34,470 bases of DNA. It comes from Acidobacteriota bacterium. GTDB taxonomy: Bacteria > Acidobacteriota > Blastocatellia > RBC074. Position 1 is the first letter of the stretch. Each line of letters begins with the position of its first letter. The stretch spans positions 1 to 34,470 of the forward strand of contig JBEAVZ010000121.1 of the NCBI GenBank assembly GCA_041160645.1, written 5' to 3'. The notes beneath the pieces are model-generated. The model saw only the letters and a program-made list of their open reading frames with translations, was not told where the DNA came from and made no database searches. Shown piece after piece: positions 18,428 to 34,470 of this stretch. The translations under genes were made by a program, and so were the position numbers.

Positions 18428-20158
18428 ATGCCAGTCTTTGCCCACAAGATATTTCTGATCCTGATGGTCGGCCTGCTGATGTTTATGCCCGCCGCCGGAT
18501 GGGCGCAGGGGACGGCGGAGGCCGATGTGCTGATCCGCAACGGAACGATCTACGATGGTTCCGGCAAGCCAGCCCGGCGCGCCGACCTGCTGATCCGGGG
18601 TGACCGGATCGTTGGTGTCGGGAGAGTCGGAAGCTACGATCGGCGGCGCGTGAAGACCGTCATCGACGCCCGCGGACTGGCCGTTGCGCCGGGCTTCATC
18701 AATATGCTCTCGTGGGCGGTCGACGACCTGCTCGTCGACGGGCGATCGATGGGCGACCTCCTCCAGGGCGTGACCACCGAGATCTTCGGCGAGGGCACCT
18801 CGATGGGCCCCCTCAACGAGGAGATGAAGCAGCGGCAGCTGGCGGCGCAGGGCGACGTTCGTTTTCCGATCGAATGGACGACCCTTGCCGAGTATCTGCG
18901 CCACCTCGAAAAGAGCGGAGTCTCCTGCAACGTGGCCTCGTTTATTGGCGCGACGACCATTCGCGAACACGTGATTGGTCTCGAGGATCGTCCCCCGACG
19001 CCGGCCCAGCTGGAGCAGATGCGTCAACTCGTTCGCCGAGAAATGGAGGAAGGGGCCCTCGGGATCGGCTCGTCGCTGATCTACGCCCCAGCCTTCTATG
19101 CCTCGACCGAAGAGCTGATCGAACTCTGCAAGGTCGCGGCAGAGTATAAGGGCAAGTACATCTCCCATCTCCGCAGCGAGGGGAACCGGCTGCTCGAGGC
19201 GGTTGACGAGCTGTTGCGCATTGCCCGTGAAGCGAAGATTCCGGCGGAGATCTACCATCTCAAGGCGGTGGGAAGCGACAACTACCGGAAGATGGACGAG
19301 GTGCTGGCGCGGATCGAGCGCGCCCGCCGCGATGGGCTGAAGATCACCGCCGATATGTACACCTACACCGCCGGATCGACCGGACTGACGGCCGCCATGC
19401 CCCCCTGGGTGCTCGATGGCGGGTACCCGGCGCTCTTCAAGCGGCTGGCCGATCCGGAGACCCGCCGCCGCATTGCGCACGAGATCCGCACGCCGACCGA
19501 CAAGTGGGAGAACCTCTACCTGGGGGCGGGCTCGCCGGAGCGGGTGCTGCTGGTCGATTTCCGCCGCGAGGAGTTGCGAAAGTATATCGGCCGGACGCTC
19601 GCCGAAGTGGCCCGGGAGCGCGGCGAGGATCCGGTCGAGACGATCATGAACCTCATTCTTGAGGATCGCTCCCGCGTGGGAACCGTCTACTTTATGATGT
19701 CCGAGGAGAATGTCCGTCAGCAGCTGCGGTATCCGTGGGTGTCGTTCGGCTCTGACGCCGGGTCAATGGCGACGGAAGGGGTATTTCTGAAGACGTCGAC
19801 CCATCCGCGGGCCTACGGCAACTTTGCCCGGCTGCTTGGCAAGTATGTGCGGGAAGAGAAGGTGCTGACACTGCCCGAGGCGATTCGCCGTCTGACCAGC
19901 CTGCCGGCGACCAATCTGGGACTCGACCGGCGTGGTCTCCTCAAGACAGGCTACTTTGCCGACGTGGTCCTCTTCGATCCGGACAAGGTTGCCGACCGCG
20001 CCACCTTCGATCGACCGCACCAGTATGCGGTCGGGATGGTCCACGTCTTCGTCAATGGTCGCCAGGTGATCCGGGACGGGGTTCATACCGCCGCGAAGCC
20101 CGGACGGGCGCTCTGGGGGCCAGGCAAGATCGCCGGCCCGAAAGGAGGCCGACGGTAG
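18428..20158 (+). CDS. Secreted N-acyl-D-amino-acid deacylase (D-aminoacylase) family amidohydrolase
   Basis: The start is placed at ATG 18428 (AGGA upstream), giving the signal peptide MPVFAHKIFLILMVGLLMFMPAAGWAQG. Family motifs present: ADVLIRNGTIYDGSG, APGFINM, GYFADVVLFDPDKVADRATF and VFVNGRQVIRDG. The longest ORF begins at 18365 and would overlap wzt. Confidence 0.85.
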   Translation: MPVFAHKIFLILMVGLLMFMPAAGWAQGTAEADVLIRNGTIYDGSGKPARRADLLIRGDRIVGVGRVGSYDRRRVKTVIDARGLAVAPGFINMLSWAVDDLLVDGRSMGDLLQGVTTEIFGEGTSMGPLNEEMKQRQLAAQGDVRFPIEWTTLAEYLRHLEKSGVSCNVASFIGATTIREHVIGLEDRPPTPAQLEQMRQLVRREMEEGALGIGSSLIYAPAFYASTEELIELCKVAAEYKGKYISHLRSEGNRLLEAVDELLRIAREAKIPAEIYHLKAVGSDNYRKMDEVLARIERARRDGLKITADMYTYTAGSTGLTAAMPPWVLDGGYPALFKRLADPETRRRIAHEIRTPTDKWENLYLGAGSPERVLLVDFRREELRKYIGRTLAEVARERGEDPVETIMNLILEDRSRVGTVYFMMSEENVRQQLRYPWVSFGSDAGSMATEGVFLKTSTHPRAYGNFARLLGKYVREEKVLTLPEAIRRLTSLPATNLGLDRRGLLKTGYFADVVLFDPDKVADRATFDRPHQYAVGMVHVFVNGRQVIRDGVHTAAKPGRALWGPGKIAGPKGGRR

Positions 20159-20160
20159 CC

Positions 20161-20736
20161 ATGCAGATCGCGCGTGTTGTTCAGTCCACCTCGCATCTTG
20201 ACTATGTCGCGCGGGTCCTCGATTCGCTGGAGATTGGTCTCGTGCCATCGCCGGCCGACTATGCCTTTGGCCGCTTTGTCCGGATCGGCGCGGCGGTCGG
20301 CATTATCTACAATTCACAGCTGATCAATCCGGATTTCGGCGGATACAGTCCACGACTGACGACGCCGGTCGAGTTGAACGCCGTCTTCAGTCCCGATTTT
20401 TTGCAGGAGCAGGGGGTGGTCATCTCGATCCTTCTGCTGGGCTGGCGTGATGGAGCGGTCTACCGGCAGGGCGTGCCGCGCGAGGTGCTGCCGGTCAACT
20501 CTCCGGTCGAGACCCTCGGTCAGGAGGAGCTGCTCGAATTTCACCGTGAAGGCGGCGGCGCGTTGCGGCTCGCCTACTACCCGACGGTCACCACTCACGC
20601 CCGGCTCTTTGCCCATCCGTTGTTTGGAGCGATCATCGACCAGCTCGACCGGCTGGTCGATGATTCCGAACGGTCACGGTTGCGGATTCTGCGCCAGACG
20701 CTGGCCTGGCAGCAGACGGTCGACGGGCTGGTCTAG
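20161..20736 (+). CDS. Hypothetical protein (191 aa), possibly with an N-terminal HAS-barrel-like fold
   Basis: The ATG lies 2 nt after the upstream stop, and AAGGAGG lies 11-12 nt upstream inside the preceding gene. No family motif was recognised with confidence. Confidence 0.6.
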   Translation: MQIARVVQSTSHLDYVARVLDSLEIGLVPSPADYAFGRFVRIGAAVGIIYNSQLINPDFGGYSPRLTTPVELNAVFSPDFLQEQGVVISILLLGWRDGAVYRQGVPREVLPVNSPVETLGQEELLEFHREGGGALRLAYYPTVTTHARLFAHPLFGAIIDQLDRLVDDSERSRLRILRQTLAWQQTVDGLV

Positions 20737-21275
20737 CGGCTTCCGGGCATTTTGATCCATTTCCCGTCGCTGAGCAGCTCAAAGCGGGTCAGGGTCTGTG
20801 GAAAGAGGTTTTCGACCTCGGGATGATCCTTCATAAAGGCCCGGAGCGTTCGTTCGTTGGCCGACGCGATCTTCCAGACCCGGTTCTCCCTGATCAGATA
20901 CTGCTGGGAACTGACCCGACCCTGCCTGATTTCGCGGTTGTTGATCGTGATCGGGCGAGTGAGTGCGCCGAGAATGGTCGTGGTGGCGACGGCGATCTCG
21001 CCACGCTGCTCGATCTTTCCGATCTCGATCCGTTCGAGCTTGAGGAATTCGCCAAGCCGGCCAAGGCTGCGGGCCACCTCTTCGCGGTTCGCTTGTTGCT
21101 GGAATGACACGGGCAGGGAATCATAGAGCTGGGCATAGCGCCCGGTCTTGAGCAGCGTGAAGTATCGTTGAATCGCTCCGCGGATCGCCTTCTCTTCGTT
21201 GACCGTCGCCAACGGTTCACTGACGATCCCGAGCATTAGCAGCAGAAGCAATAGCTGGCGGGTGTATCGTTTCAT
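20733..21275 (-). CDS. Hypothetical secreted protein (possibly NTF2-like/DUF4878-like)
   Basis: 180-aa ORF with a clear signal peptide, MKRYTRQLLLLLLMLGIVSEPLA. The stop codon overlaps the convergent gene's stop in the tetranucleotide CTAG (20733-20736). Confidence 0.65.
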   Translation of the reverse strand: MKRYTRQLLLLLLMLGIVSEPLATVNEEKAIRGAIQRYFTLLKTGRYAQLYDSLPVSFQQQANREEVARSLGRLGEFLKLERIEIGKIEQRGEIAVATTTILGALTRPITINNREIRQGRVSSQQYLIRENRVWKIASANERTLRAFMKDHPEVENLFPQTLTRFELLSDGKWIKMPGSR

Positions 21276-21298
21276 ATGGACAGGATTCAGGAAATTGA

Positions 21299-22705
<1,407 letters not shown>

Positions 22706-22778
22706 TACTGCAAACTAGACGGTAAGCCAAGCCTGACCAGCCAGGCGCAGACCTTGGCTGCCCGCTTGAAAAAGCAGC

Positions 22779-22815
22779 GAGTAGTGCGGAGAGTGGTCTC
22801 CTCTCCGCACTACTC
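22779..22815. terminator. Strong hairpin terminator between convergent methyltransferase and topA genes
   Basis: Perfect 15-bp stem GAGTAGTGCGGAGAG / CTCTCCGCACTACTC with a 7-nt loop, 8 nt beyond the topA stop. On the minus strand it is followed by GCTGCTTTTTC. Confidence 0.8.
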
Positions 22816-22822
22816 AATCCCG

Positions 22823-25471
<2,649 letters not shown>

Positions 25472-25628
25472 ATTGTTTCCCATTCCCAACCGCCCCGCCA
25501 GCCGATCAACCATCGGTTGGCCAGACAGCCACCTTAAATATTAGATACTCCCAAAAAGGAGATGGAATAACACGAACCAGCTATCAAGTTCAAGTAAGGA
25601 TGGTCCGGCGAAGACAGGGGAACAACCG

Positions 25629-25655
25629 CCCGCGAAGTATGGCTTGCTTCGCGGG
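25629..25655 (-). terminator. Hairpin downstream of hisA (weak terminator candidate)
   Basis: CCCGCGAAG-N9-CTTCGCGGG, a 9-bp stem about 75 nt after the hisA stop. No clear U-tract. Confidence 0.3.
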
Positions 25656-25730
25656 GGTCGGTGCGACAGCACTTTTGAACGTATCTGGTTGAACGTCTGA
25701 GGGGACGAAAGGGGTGGGAGTGCGGGTCTC

Positions 25731-26474
25731 CTATTCACCCTCCGGGGCCGAAGCGGCAGACTCGAGCGCCTGCTCGAGGGTGAAGACCCCTTCATAGAGC
25801 GCCTTGCCGATGATCAGGCTGTCGACCCCATACGGTTGCAGTCTGCTGACGGCGGTGATGTCGTCGAGCGACGCCACGCCCCCGGAAGCGGTCACCTTGA
25901 GTCCGCTCGACTCGGCAATCTCCCGGGTTGTCTCGATGTTGATGCCGACCAGCATCCCGTCGCGGGCGATATCGGTGTAGACGACCCGGTCGATGCCCAT
26001 CTCGGCGACTTTCTGCGCAAAGTCGATCGCCTCGAGTTGTGAGAATTTTTCCCAGCCGCGCAGGGCCACTTTGCCATCCCGGGCGTCGATGCCGACGATG
26101 ACGGTCGAGCCGTACTCTCCAACGATATGTTCGAGCAGGACCGGATTTTCGATGGCCGTGGTGCCAATCACGATCCTGGTCACGCCCAGATCGTCCAGCC
26201 GGCGCACGTCGTCCTTGGTTCGTACCCCGCCGCCAAACTGAACCGGCACACTCACCTCGTAGAGGATTTGTTCGAGCGCCTTCAGGTTCTTGCTGTCGTT
26301 CTGGTTCAGAGCGCCGTCCAGGTTGACGATGTGCAACATCTCCGCGCCCGCTTCGACCCAGCGCCTTGCCACACTTGAAGGATTCTCTGAATAGACTGTC
26401 TCGGCGGTCACCTGACCCTGCGTTAGTCGAACGCAGCGCCCACCGCGCAGATCGATGGCTGGAATGATAATCAT
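25731..26474 (-). CDS. hisA: 1-(5-phosphoribosyl)-5-[(5-phosphoribosylamino)methylideneamino]imidazole-4-carboxamide isomerase
   Basis: 247-aa ORF. MIIIPAIDLRGGRCVRLTQG, HIVNLDGA and VQFGGGVR match the HisA (beta/alpha)8 barrel motifs. No other his genes are in the window. Confidence 0.92.
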   Translation of the reverse strand: MIIIPAIDLRGGRCVRLTQGQVTAETVYSENPSSVARRWVEAGAEMLHIVNLDGALNQNDSKNLKALEQILYEVSVPVQFGGGVRTKDDVRRLDDLGVTRIVIGTTAIENPVLLEHIVGEYGSTVIVGIDARDGKVALRGWEKFSQLEAIDFAQKVAEMGIDRVVYTDIARDGMLVGINIETTREIAESSGLKVTASGGVASLDDITAVSRLQPYGVDSLIIGKALYEGVFTLEQALESAASAPEGE

Positions 26475-26656
26475 GCGGATGAAAAGCTTTGTTGTTGGTT
26501 CTTATCTCGGTCGAACTGGTCGATCGACCATTGCCATAGCACCGATGCCTTGTCCCGACTCCCGGCGGTCGCATCACCGCCGCGATGGATTGTGGTCAGG
26601 ACAGAACTGCGCATTGCCGGCTCACACACCGCAGTTGGCGGACAATGCAAGTTTAG

Positions 26657-26684
26657 ATACTACTCATCCCGCCGCTTGAATCAA
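26657..26684 (-). promoter_or_regulatory. Sigma70-type promoter candidate for hisA
   Basis: Minus strand reads TTGATT-N16-TAGTAT (-35 at 26684-26679, -10 at 26662-26657). It would give a structured leader of about 175 nt. Confidence 0.3.
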
Positions 26685-26887
26685 GTAAAATCGGCATTTT
26701 CAGCAAATCGACACCCTGGATATGCCGGCCTGGCGGGGGATGCCGGATCTGCCCGACAAGTCCGGCGCGGGTGGTCTCGATCATCGAGAGGTGACTGGTC
26801 CGGGCCGATTTGGCGGGGGGCCCGGGCGACGCGCGTCCCCCCGCCGCGACCGCCGAACCCAAATCGCGTCGCCGCTTCGCTCCCCCT

Positions 26888-26916
26888 TTGACAGCTGTAT
26901 GCAGAGCCCCTAATAT
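26888..26916 (+). promoter_or_regulatory. Near-consensus sigma70 promoter for rodZ
   Basis: TTGACA (26888-26893), a 17-nt spacer, then TAATAT (26911-26916). This is about 75 nt upstream of the rodZ ATG, in an AT-rich island. Confidence 0.6.
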
Positions 26917-26996
26917 AAGAAATTAGTCAAAAAAGCAGACAATTTTTGTCTTCCAAATCAAAGACGTGGCTATTCTTTCGCAGGGGTTGATAGAAG

Positions 26997-29289
<2,293 letters not shown>

Positions 29290-29321
29290 CCGGCGCGCCA
29301 GTTGCCACCCGCACTGCTGAC

Positions 29322-29363
29322 AAAAAAGAGAGCGAGGCTTTCAAGGCCCCGCTCTCTTGTTTT
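29322..29363. terminator. Bidirectional intrinsic terminator between guaB and typA
   Basis: A-tract (29322-29327), stem AAGAGAGCG ... CGCTCTCTT with an inner GGC/GCC extension, then a T-tract GTTTT (29359-29363). Confidence 0.75.
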
Positions 29364-29383
29364 ACGGTCGATCTGCGCCAAAC

Positions 29384-31210
<1,827 letters not shown>

Positions 31211-31278
31211 AGATTGATTCGCTTTTTGCTGATTTCCTTTAACCCGTTGCGGGTGAGTAATAAGTTAGTAAACTCAAT

Positions 31279-31306
31279 GTTATACCATACGCCGGGTGAC
31301 TCGCCA
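31279..31306 (-). promoter_or_regulatory. Extended -10 promoter candidate for typA
   Basis: Minus strand reads TGGCGA-N16-(TGG)TATAAC. The TGn-extended -10 lies at 31287-31279, about 70 nt upstream of the typA ATG. Confidence 0.3.
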
Positions 31307-31540
31307 TCGGTGGGCGAGAAAAATAGGGTGAGCCGGGGCTTCCATTTGACTCAGTGGCCTTCGCTCCGTATGTTTTAAAAGAGATATAGTATTAATAATT
31401 GTCATCGTGCAAATAGGCGTCCCGGCGCCAATGATGCACCAAATGACGCCTAAAATTACGGGCAAATGGTCACGCGGCACGGAGTTTCTCCGCCGCCCCG
31501 TCTGACCATCCGAAGACAGAGTGATTCGAGGAGTTAGGTA

Positions 31541-31822
31541 ATGGCTGATGTAATCAAGTGTGTGCGTTGTGGGCACAAGTTGCCCGGTCTCGATAAGGCC
31601 CCGTTTGGAGGAGCTCTTGGCCGCCGAATCCACGAGCAGATCTGCCAGGCCTGCTGGAAGGCCTGGGTCGCGACCCAGAATCAGCTGATCAATCATTATG
31701 GTTTGAGCACGATCAATCCCGAGCACCAGCAGTTTCTGATCAACAACATGGAGTCCTTCCTCTTTGGCCAGGGCTTGCAGACCCAGATCGACACCACCCT
31801 CCAGGGGACCATTACCCACTGA
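31541..31822 (+). CDS. yggX: Fe(2+)-trafficking / oxidative-damage protection protein YggX
   Basis: 93-aa ORF with a GAGGAG SD. CVRCGHKLPGLDKAPFGGALGRRIHEQICQACWKAW...LINHYGL...NPEHQQFL..ME.FLFG aligns with the YggX family. Confidence 0.9.
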   Translation: MADVIKCVRCGHKLPGLDKAPFGGALGRRIHEQICQACWKAWVATQNQLINHYGLSTINPEHQQFLINNMESFLFGQGLQTQIDTTLQGTITH

Positions 31823-31824
31823 CA

Positions 31825-31847
31825 CCCGGCCGCTCATCCCGGCCGGG
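31825..31847 (+). terminator. GC hairpin immediately after yggX
   Basis: CCCGGCCG-ctcatcc-CGGCCGGG (8-bp stem) starting 3 nt after the stop. No U-tract. Confidence 0.4.
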
Positions 31848-32088
31848 CCGCAGCGTGGAGGAGATGGCTGCCTGGCTTCCACTGCGTGAGTGATTCGTCT
31901 CTCTCCCGATCAGGCCAATACCCCAGCAGGCCCCGACCCGCTCAGGCCACTAATTGACAAGGAATGGGTGGCATAATATCTTCTTCAGAGGATGGCTGGC
32001 GCCACTCCTCCGGGCCTGATCGTGTCAACCGGAATATTGCCAGAGTGGCTCAGCCAAGGAAGTCGTGCCGAGCAGGGAGCGTGGTCAG

Positions 32089-32739
32089 ATGAGAAAAGAG
32101 AAGTTTTTCGGGGTTGCGCCGGATGATGACAATGACATCAAGACGATCGAGGATCTCTCGACTTTGCGGGGATATGATCATCGTCAGGGTGGCATCTGGT
32201 TCGAGATGCGCTCGCTCTTTCGCGACATCCTCTTCGCCGGCCTCGTCGCGGTTCTCATTGTCGTCTTTGTTATTCAGCCGGTGAGGGTCGAGGGGCAGAG
32301 CATGATGCCGCGACTCCATGATCAGGATCGCATCTTCGTCAACAAGTTCATCTATCCGCTTCGGGAGTGGCTCGGTGATCAGGCGCCCATCAAACGTGGC
32401 GACATCGTCGTGCTCCTCTATCCCAATGACCCGTCGAAGTCCTATATCAAACGGGTCGTCGGCCTGCCGGGTGAACAGATCGAGATTGTCGATGGAAAGC
32501 TCTATGTTGACAATGAACTGGTCGATGAGCCTTATCTCGATGAGGACTACCTCTCGCGCGATTCGACCCCGGGGCCGGTCGACATCAATGCCCACCACTA
32601 TTTCGTGATGGGCGACAACCGCAACAACAGCAGCGACAGTCGCAGTTGGGGGCTGGTGCCAGAGAAGTACATCTACGGAAAGGCGATCTTCCGCTACTAT
32701 CCCTTCCTCCCCTTTGAGCGGGTTGGAAAGCTGCAGTGA
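32089..32739 (+). CDS. lepB: Signal peptidase I
   Basis: Motifs GQSMMPRL (catalytic Ser), [11 protein letters not shown] (catalytic Lys) and [11 protein letters not shown]. The start is placed at ATG 32089 (GGGAG upstream). A GTG at 32065 is an alternative. Confidence 0.9.
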   Translation: MRKEKFFGVAPDDDNDIKTIEDLSTLRGYDHRQGGIWFEMRSLFRDILFAGLVAVLIVVFVIQPVRVEGQSMMPRLHDQDRIFVNKFIYPLREWLGDQAPIKRGDIVVLLYPNDPSKSYIKRVVGLPGEQIEIVDGKLYVDNELVDEPYLDEDYLSRDSTPGPVDINAHHYFVMGDNRNNSSDSRSWGLVPEKYIYGKAIFRYYPFLPFERVGKLQ

Positions 32740-32773
32740 GCAGTCGGCCAGGCCAGATTTGTTGTCGTTGCTG

Positions 32774-32803
32774 GCGCGGAAGGCGTGATGCCTCCGCGCT
32801 TTT
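32774..32803 (+). terminator. Intrinsic terminator after lepB
   Basis: GCGCGGAAGGC-gtgat-GCCTCCGCGC (10 bp with one bulged A) followed by TTTT. Confidence 0.65.
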
Positions 32804-32889
32804 GACTGTCTGCGGAGTACTCAAATTCAATAGAACGCCGTTTCACCCGCTCTGCAGAGCAGCGGCATGAATCCGGCCACAGGGACTGA

Positions 32890-34152
32890 ATGGAGTTGAT
32901 CGACGCCAGATTGAGAAGGTTGAGGGACCAGGCTCCGGTGGGCCGGCTGCTTCTTCTATCCTGGGCCGCCGCGCTGGTCTGGCTGGGGTTGGTCGGCGTG
33001 GTCATCGAGCAGTTGCGCTGGATCGAATGGTCAGCGCTCGAAGGCGGGTTTTATCAGGGGGCCGGCGGCCGGTCGTGGTCGGTCGGTTCGGCGCTCTTTC
33101 GCCAGATGCTGCGGGCAGTGCGACCGGCCGCCATGGTCGTGCTCTTCATCGCGGTCGTCTATACCCCGGCGCTGATGGCGCTGGCGAGCCTTTTCGAGAG
33201 GCAGCTGAGCGCCCGTCGCCGTGGTGGGTTCGGTTCGGTTCTCCGGCAGGACTTCGCCGGCACACTCTCCGGCGTGCTGGCGGCGACGACCATCACCCTC
33301 GCCGTTCAGGTGCTGCCGCTTCTCATCCTGCTCGGGATGGTCAGCGATCCCCGGGTGGTTCGGATGCTCCCTCAGCTGCTTCTGGCACTGCCGCTGCCGG
33401 TCTTCATGGTGCTCATGGCGCCAGTATGCGGAGTGCTCTTCAATCTGCGCCGGCTTCCGGCCATCCTGCTCACGCTGCTCTCACTCGGATCTCTGGTCGC
33501 CCTGCCCGTCGTTATCCAGGCCGCTTCGATGGTCTGCGCCTCGCCGTTATTGATCGTGCTCCTCCTCTTCCTGTTGCGGGATCGAATCGATGATCTGCTG
33601 CGCCACCGCCGTTCGCGGGAATCATTCCGCCGCCATCTCGAGGTGGCGACGCTCAACCCGGCCGACGCCTCCGCCCATTACAACCTCGGGCTGCTCTGCC
33701 TTCAGCAGGGGGATCTGGTCGCCGCAAAGGCCTCGTTTGAGCGGGCCGTGGCGATCGATCCGCGGGAGATCGACGCCCATTATGAGCTGGGCCGACTGGC
33801 GCGCGAAGAGAATCGACCGAGCGAGGCCCTCACCCACTTCGAACAGGTAATTGCCCAGGATCCCACCCATGCCCAGCATGAGGTATGGCGTGAGGTGGGG
33901 CAGGTATACTATGCTGCCGGACAGAACAGTGATGCGCTGGCGATGCTCGACCGGTTTCTGCAGCAGCGTCCTTCGGATGCCGAGGGGCGGTACTGGCGGG
34001 GGATGGTTCTCGATCGGCTTGGACGTCGGGATGAGGCCGTCAATGAGATGCGCCAATGCATCGATGCGGTGCGCACGTCACCGAGCTACAAATATCGACA
34101 TGAGAAGCGCTGGCTGACCAACGCGGAGAACTTCCTCCGCGAGCGCCGCTGA
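32890..34152 (+). CDS. Polytopic membrane protein with C-terminal TPR repeats
   Basis: 420-aa ORF. About 6 hydrophobic helices span the first ~240 aa, followed by TPR-like units (AHYNLGLLCLQQGDLVAAKASFERAVAIDP, AHYELGRLAREENRPSEALTHFEQVIAQDP, and others). Confidence 0.7.
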   Translation: MELIDARLRRLRDQAPVGRLLLLSWAAALVWLGLVGVVIEQLRWIEWSALEGGFYQGAGGRSWSVGSALFRQMLRAVRPAAMVVLFIAVVYTPALMALASLFERQLSARRRGGFGSVLRQDFAGTLSGVLAATTITLAVQVLPLLILLGMVSDPRVVRMLPQLLLALPLPVFMVLMAPVCGVLFNLRRLPAILLTLLSLGSLVALPVVIQAASMVCASPLLIVLLLFLLRDRIDDLLRHRRSRESFRRHLEVATLNPADASAHYNLGLLCLQQGDLVAAKASFERAVAIDPREIDAHYELGRLAREENRPSEALTHFEQVIAQDPTHAQHEVWREVGQVYYAAGQNSDALAMLDRFLQQRPSDAEGRYWRGMVLDRLGRRDEAVNEMRQCIDAVRTSPSYKYRHEKRWLTNAENFLRERR

Positions 34153-34186
34153 GCGCGCCTGTTGGTGGGGTGAGGCGGGACGGATC

Positions 34187-34215
34187 TTGCCTGCAGAAAC
34201 CCCTTGGGTTGTAAT
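34187..34215 (+). promoter_or_regulatory. Sigma70-type promoter candidate for carA
   Basis: TTGCCT-N17-TGTAAT, about 60 nt upstream of the carA ATG. Confidence 0.3.
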
Positions 34216-34275
34216 CGGCTCCGGGCCGGGTCGCTACGAAGGCGACGGATAAAATTTAGTGGGCAAAGGAGAGGC

Positions 34276-34470
34276 ATGAGTAGAACCGGGATTTTGGCAT
34301 TGGAGGACGGGCGAATATTTCGCGGCCAGGCTTGGGGCGCGGAAGGTGAACGGTTTGGTGAGATAGTCTTCAATACTTCGCTGATGGGATATCAGGAGAT
34401 TCTGACCGATCCCTCCTATGCTGGCCAGATTGTGACGATGACCTATCCGCTGATTGGCAACTACGGGATC
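34276..34470 (+). CDS. carA: Carbamoyl-phosphate synthase small subunit (5' partial, runs off the window)
   Basis: AAGGAGAGG SD. The first 65 aa are [65 protein letters not shown], the conserved CarA N-terminus. Confidence 0.9.
   Translation, partial: MSRTGILALEDGRIFRGQAWGAEGERFGEIVFNTSLMGYQEILTDPSYAGQIVTMTYPLIGNYGI

Noticed and set aside
26690-26887. Known housekeeping RNAs (4.5S/SRP, RNase P, tmRNA, 6S) or a ZTP riboswitch in the hisA-rodZ gap.
   Set aside because: The conserved cores were not found on either strand: GGAAGCAGCC-type SRP helix 8, GAGGAAAGUCCGGGC for RNase P, the tmRNA 5' GGGGCUGA with a CCA end, and ZTP CCGCCUGGGC. The GUGACUGG similarity to ZTP is too short. 6S RNA cannot be excluded by eye.
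26937-26951. AGACAA-ttt-TTGTCT hairpin with a flanking A6/T6 run in the rodZ leader, considered as a minus-strand terminator.
   Set aside because: It has only 6 A/T-rich base pairs with a 3-nt loop, and no minus-strand gene ends nearby that it would terminate.
31954-31979. TTGACA ... TAATAT pair upstream of lepB, considered as a promoter.
   Set aside because: The spacer is only 14 nt, outside the functional 16-19 nt range. The hexamers look good but the geometry does not, so it is left unannotated.

Overview
GC-rich bacterial chromosomal segment, by eye well above 60% GC, densely packed with about 25 protein-coding genes. Most are housekeeping genes. No rRNA, tRNA, CRISPR array, integrase or transposase was recognisable.

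The minus-strand array (9003 to 2875) runs tatA, a Schlafen/AlbA_2-type protein, comEA, a GT2 glycosyltransferase, a GT-C glycosyltransferase and a lipoprotein formylglycine-generating enzyme. It converges on comEC (138-2846).

The plus-strand array (10796 to 20736) runs ileS, lspA, lgt, a GT4/methyltransferase-like fusion, a Wzt-type ABC ATPase, a secreted D-aminoacylase-family hydrolase and a 191-aa unknown protein.

The rest of the window holds an NTF2-like secreted protein, a methyltransferase with Ig-like repeats, topA, hisA, rodZ, guaB, typA, yggX, lepB, a TPR membrane protein and the 5' end of carA.

Several near-consensus sigma70 promoters and intrinsic terminators are readable in the AT-richer intergenic islands.

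I do not see a compelling, clearly novel multi-gene system. The best second-look items are:
- a 522-bp gene-free, helix-rich gap between hisA and rodZ
- three unrelated short tandem-repeat arrays (15-mer, 17-mer, 9-mer) at gene starts or intergenic positions
- a GT4 fused to a degenerate methyltransferase, next to a Wzt that has no Wzm partner
- an ECF-type stress promoter in front of ytxH/DUF948
- a few uncharacterised proteins

The phylum cannot be established by eye. Some domains are reminiscent of Acidobacteriota.
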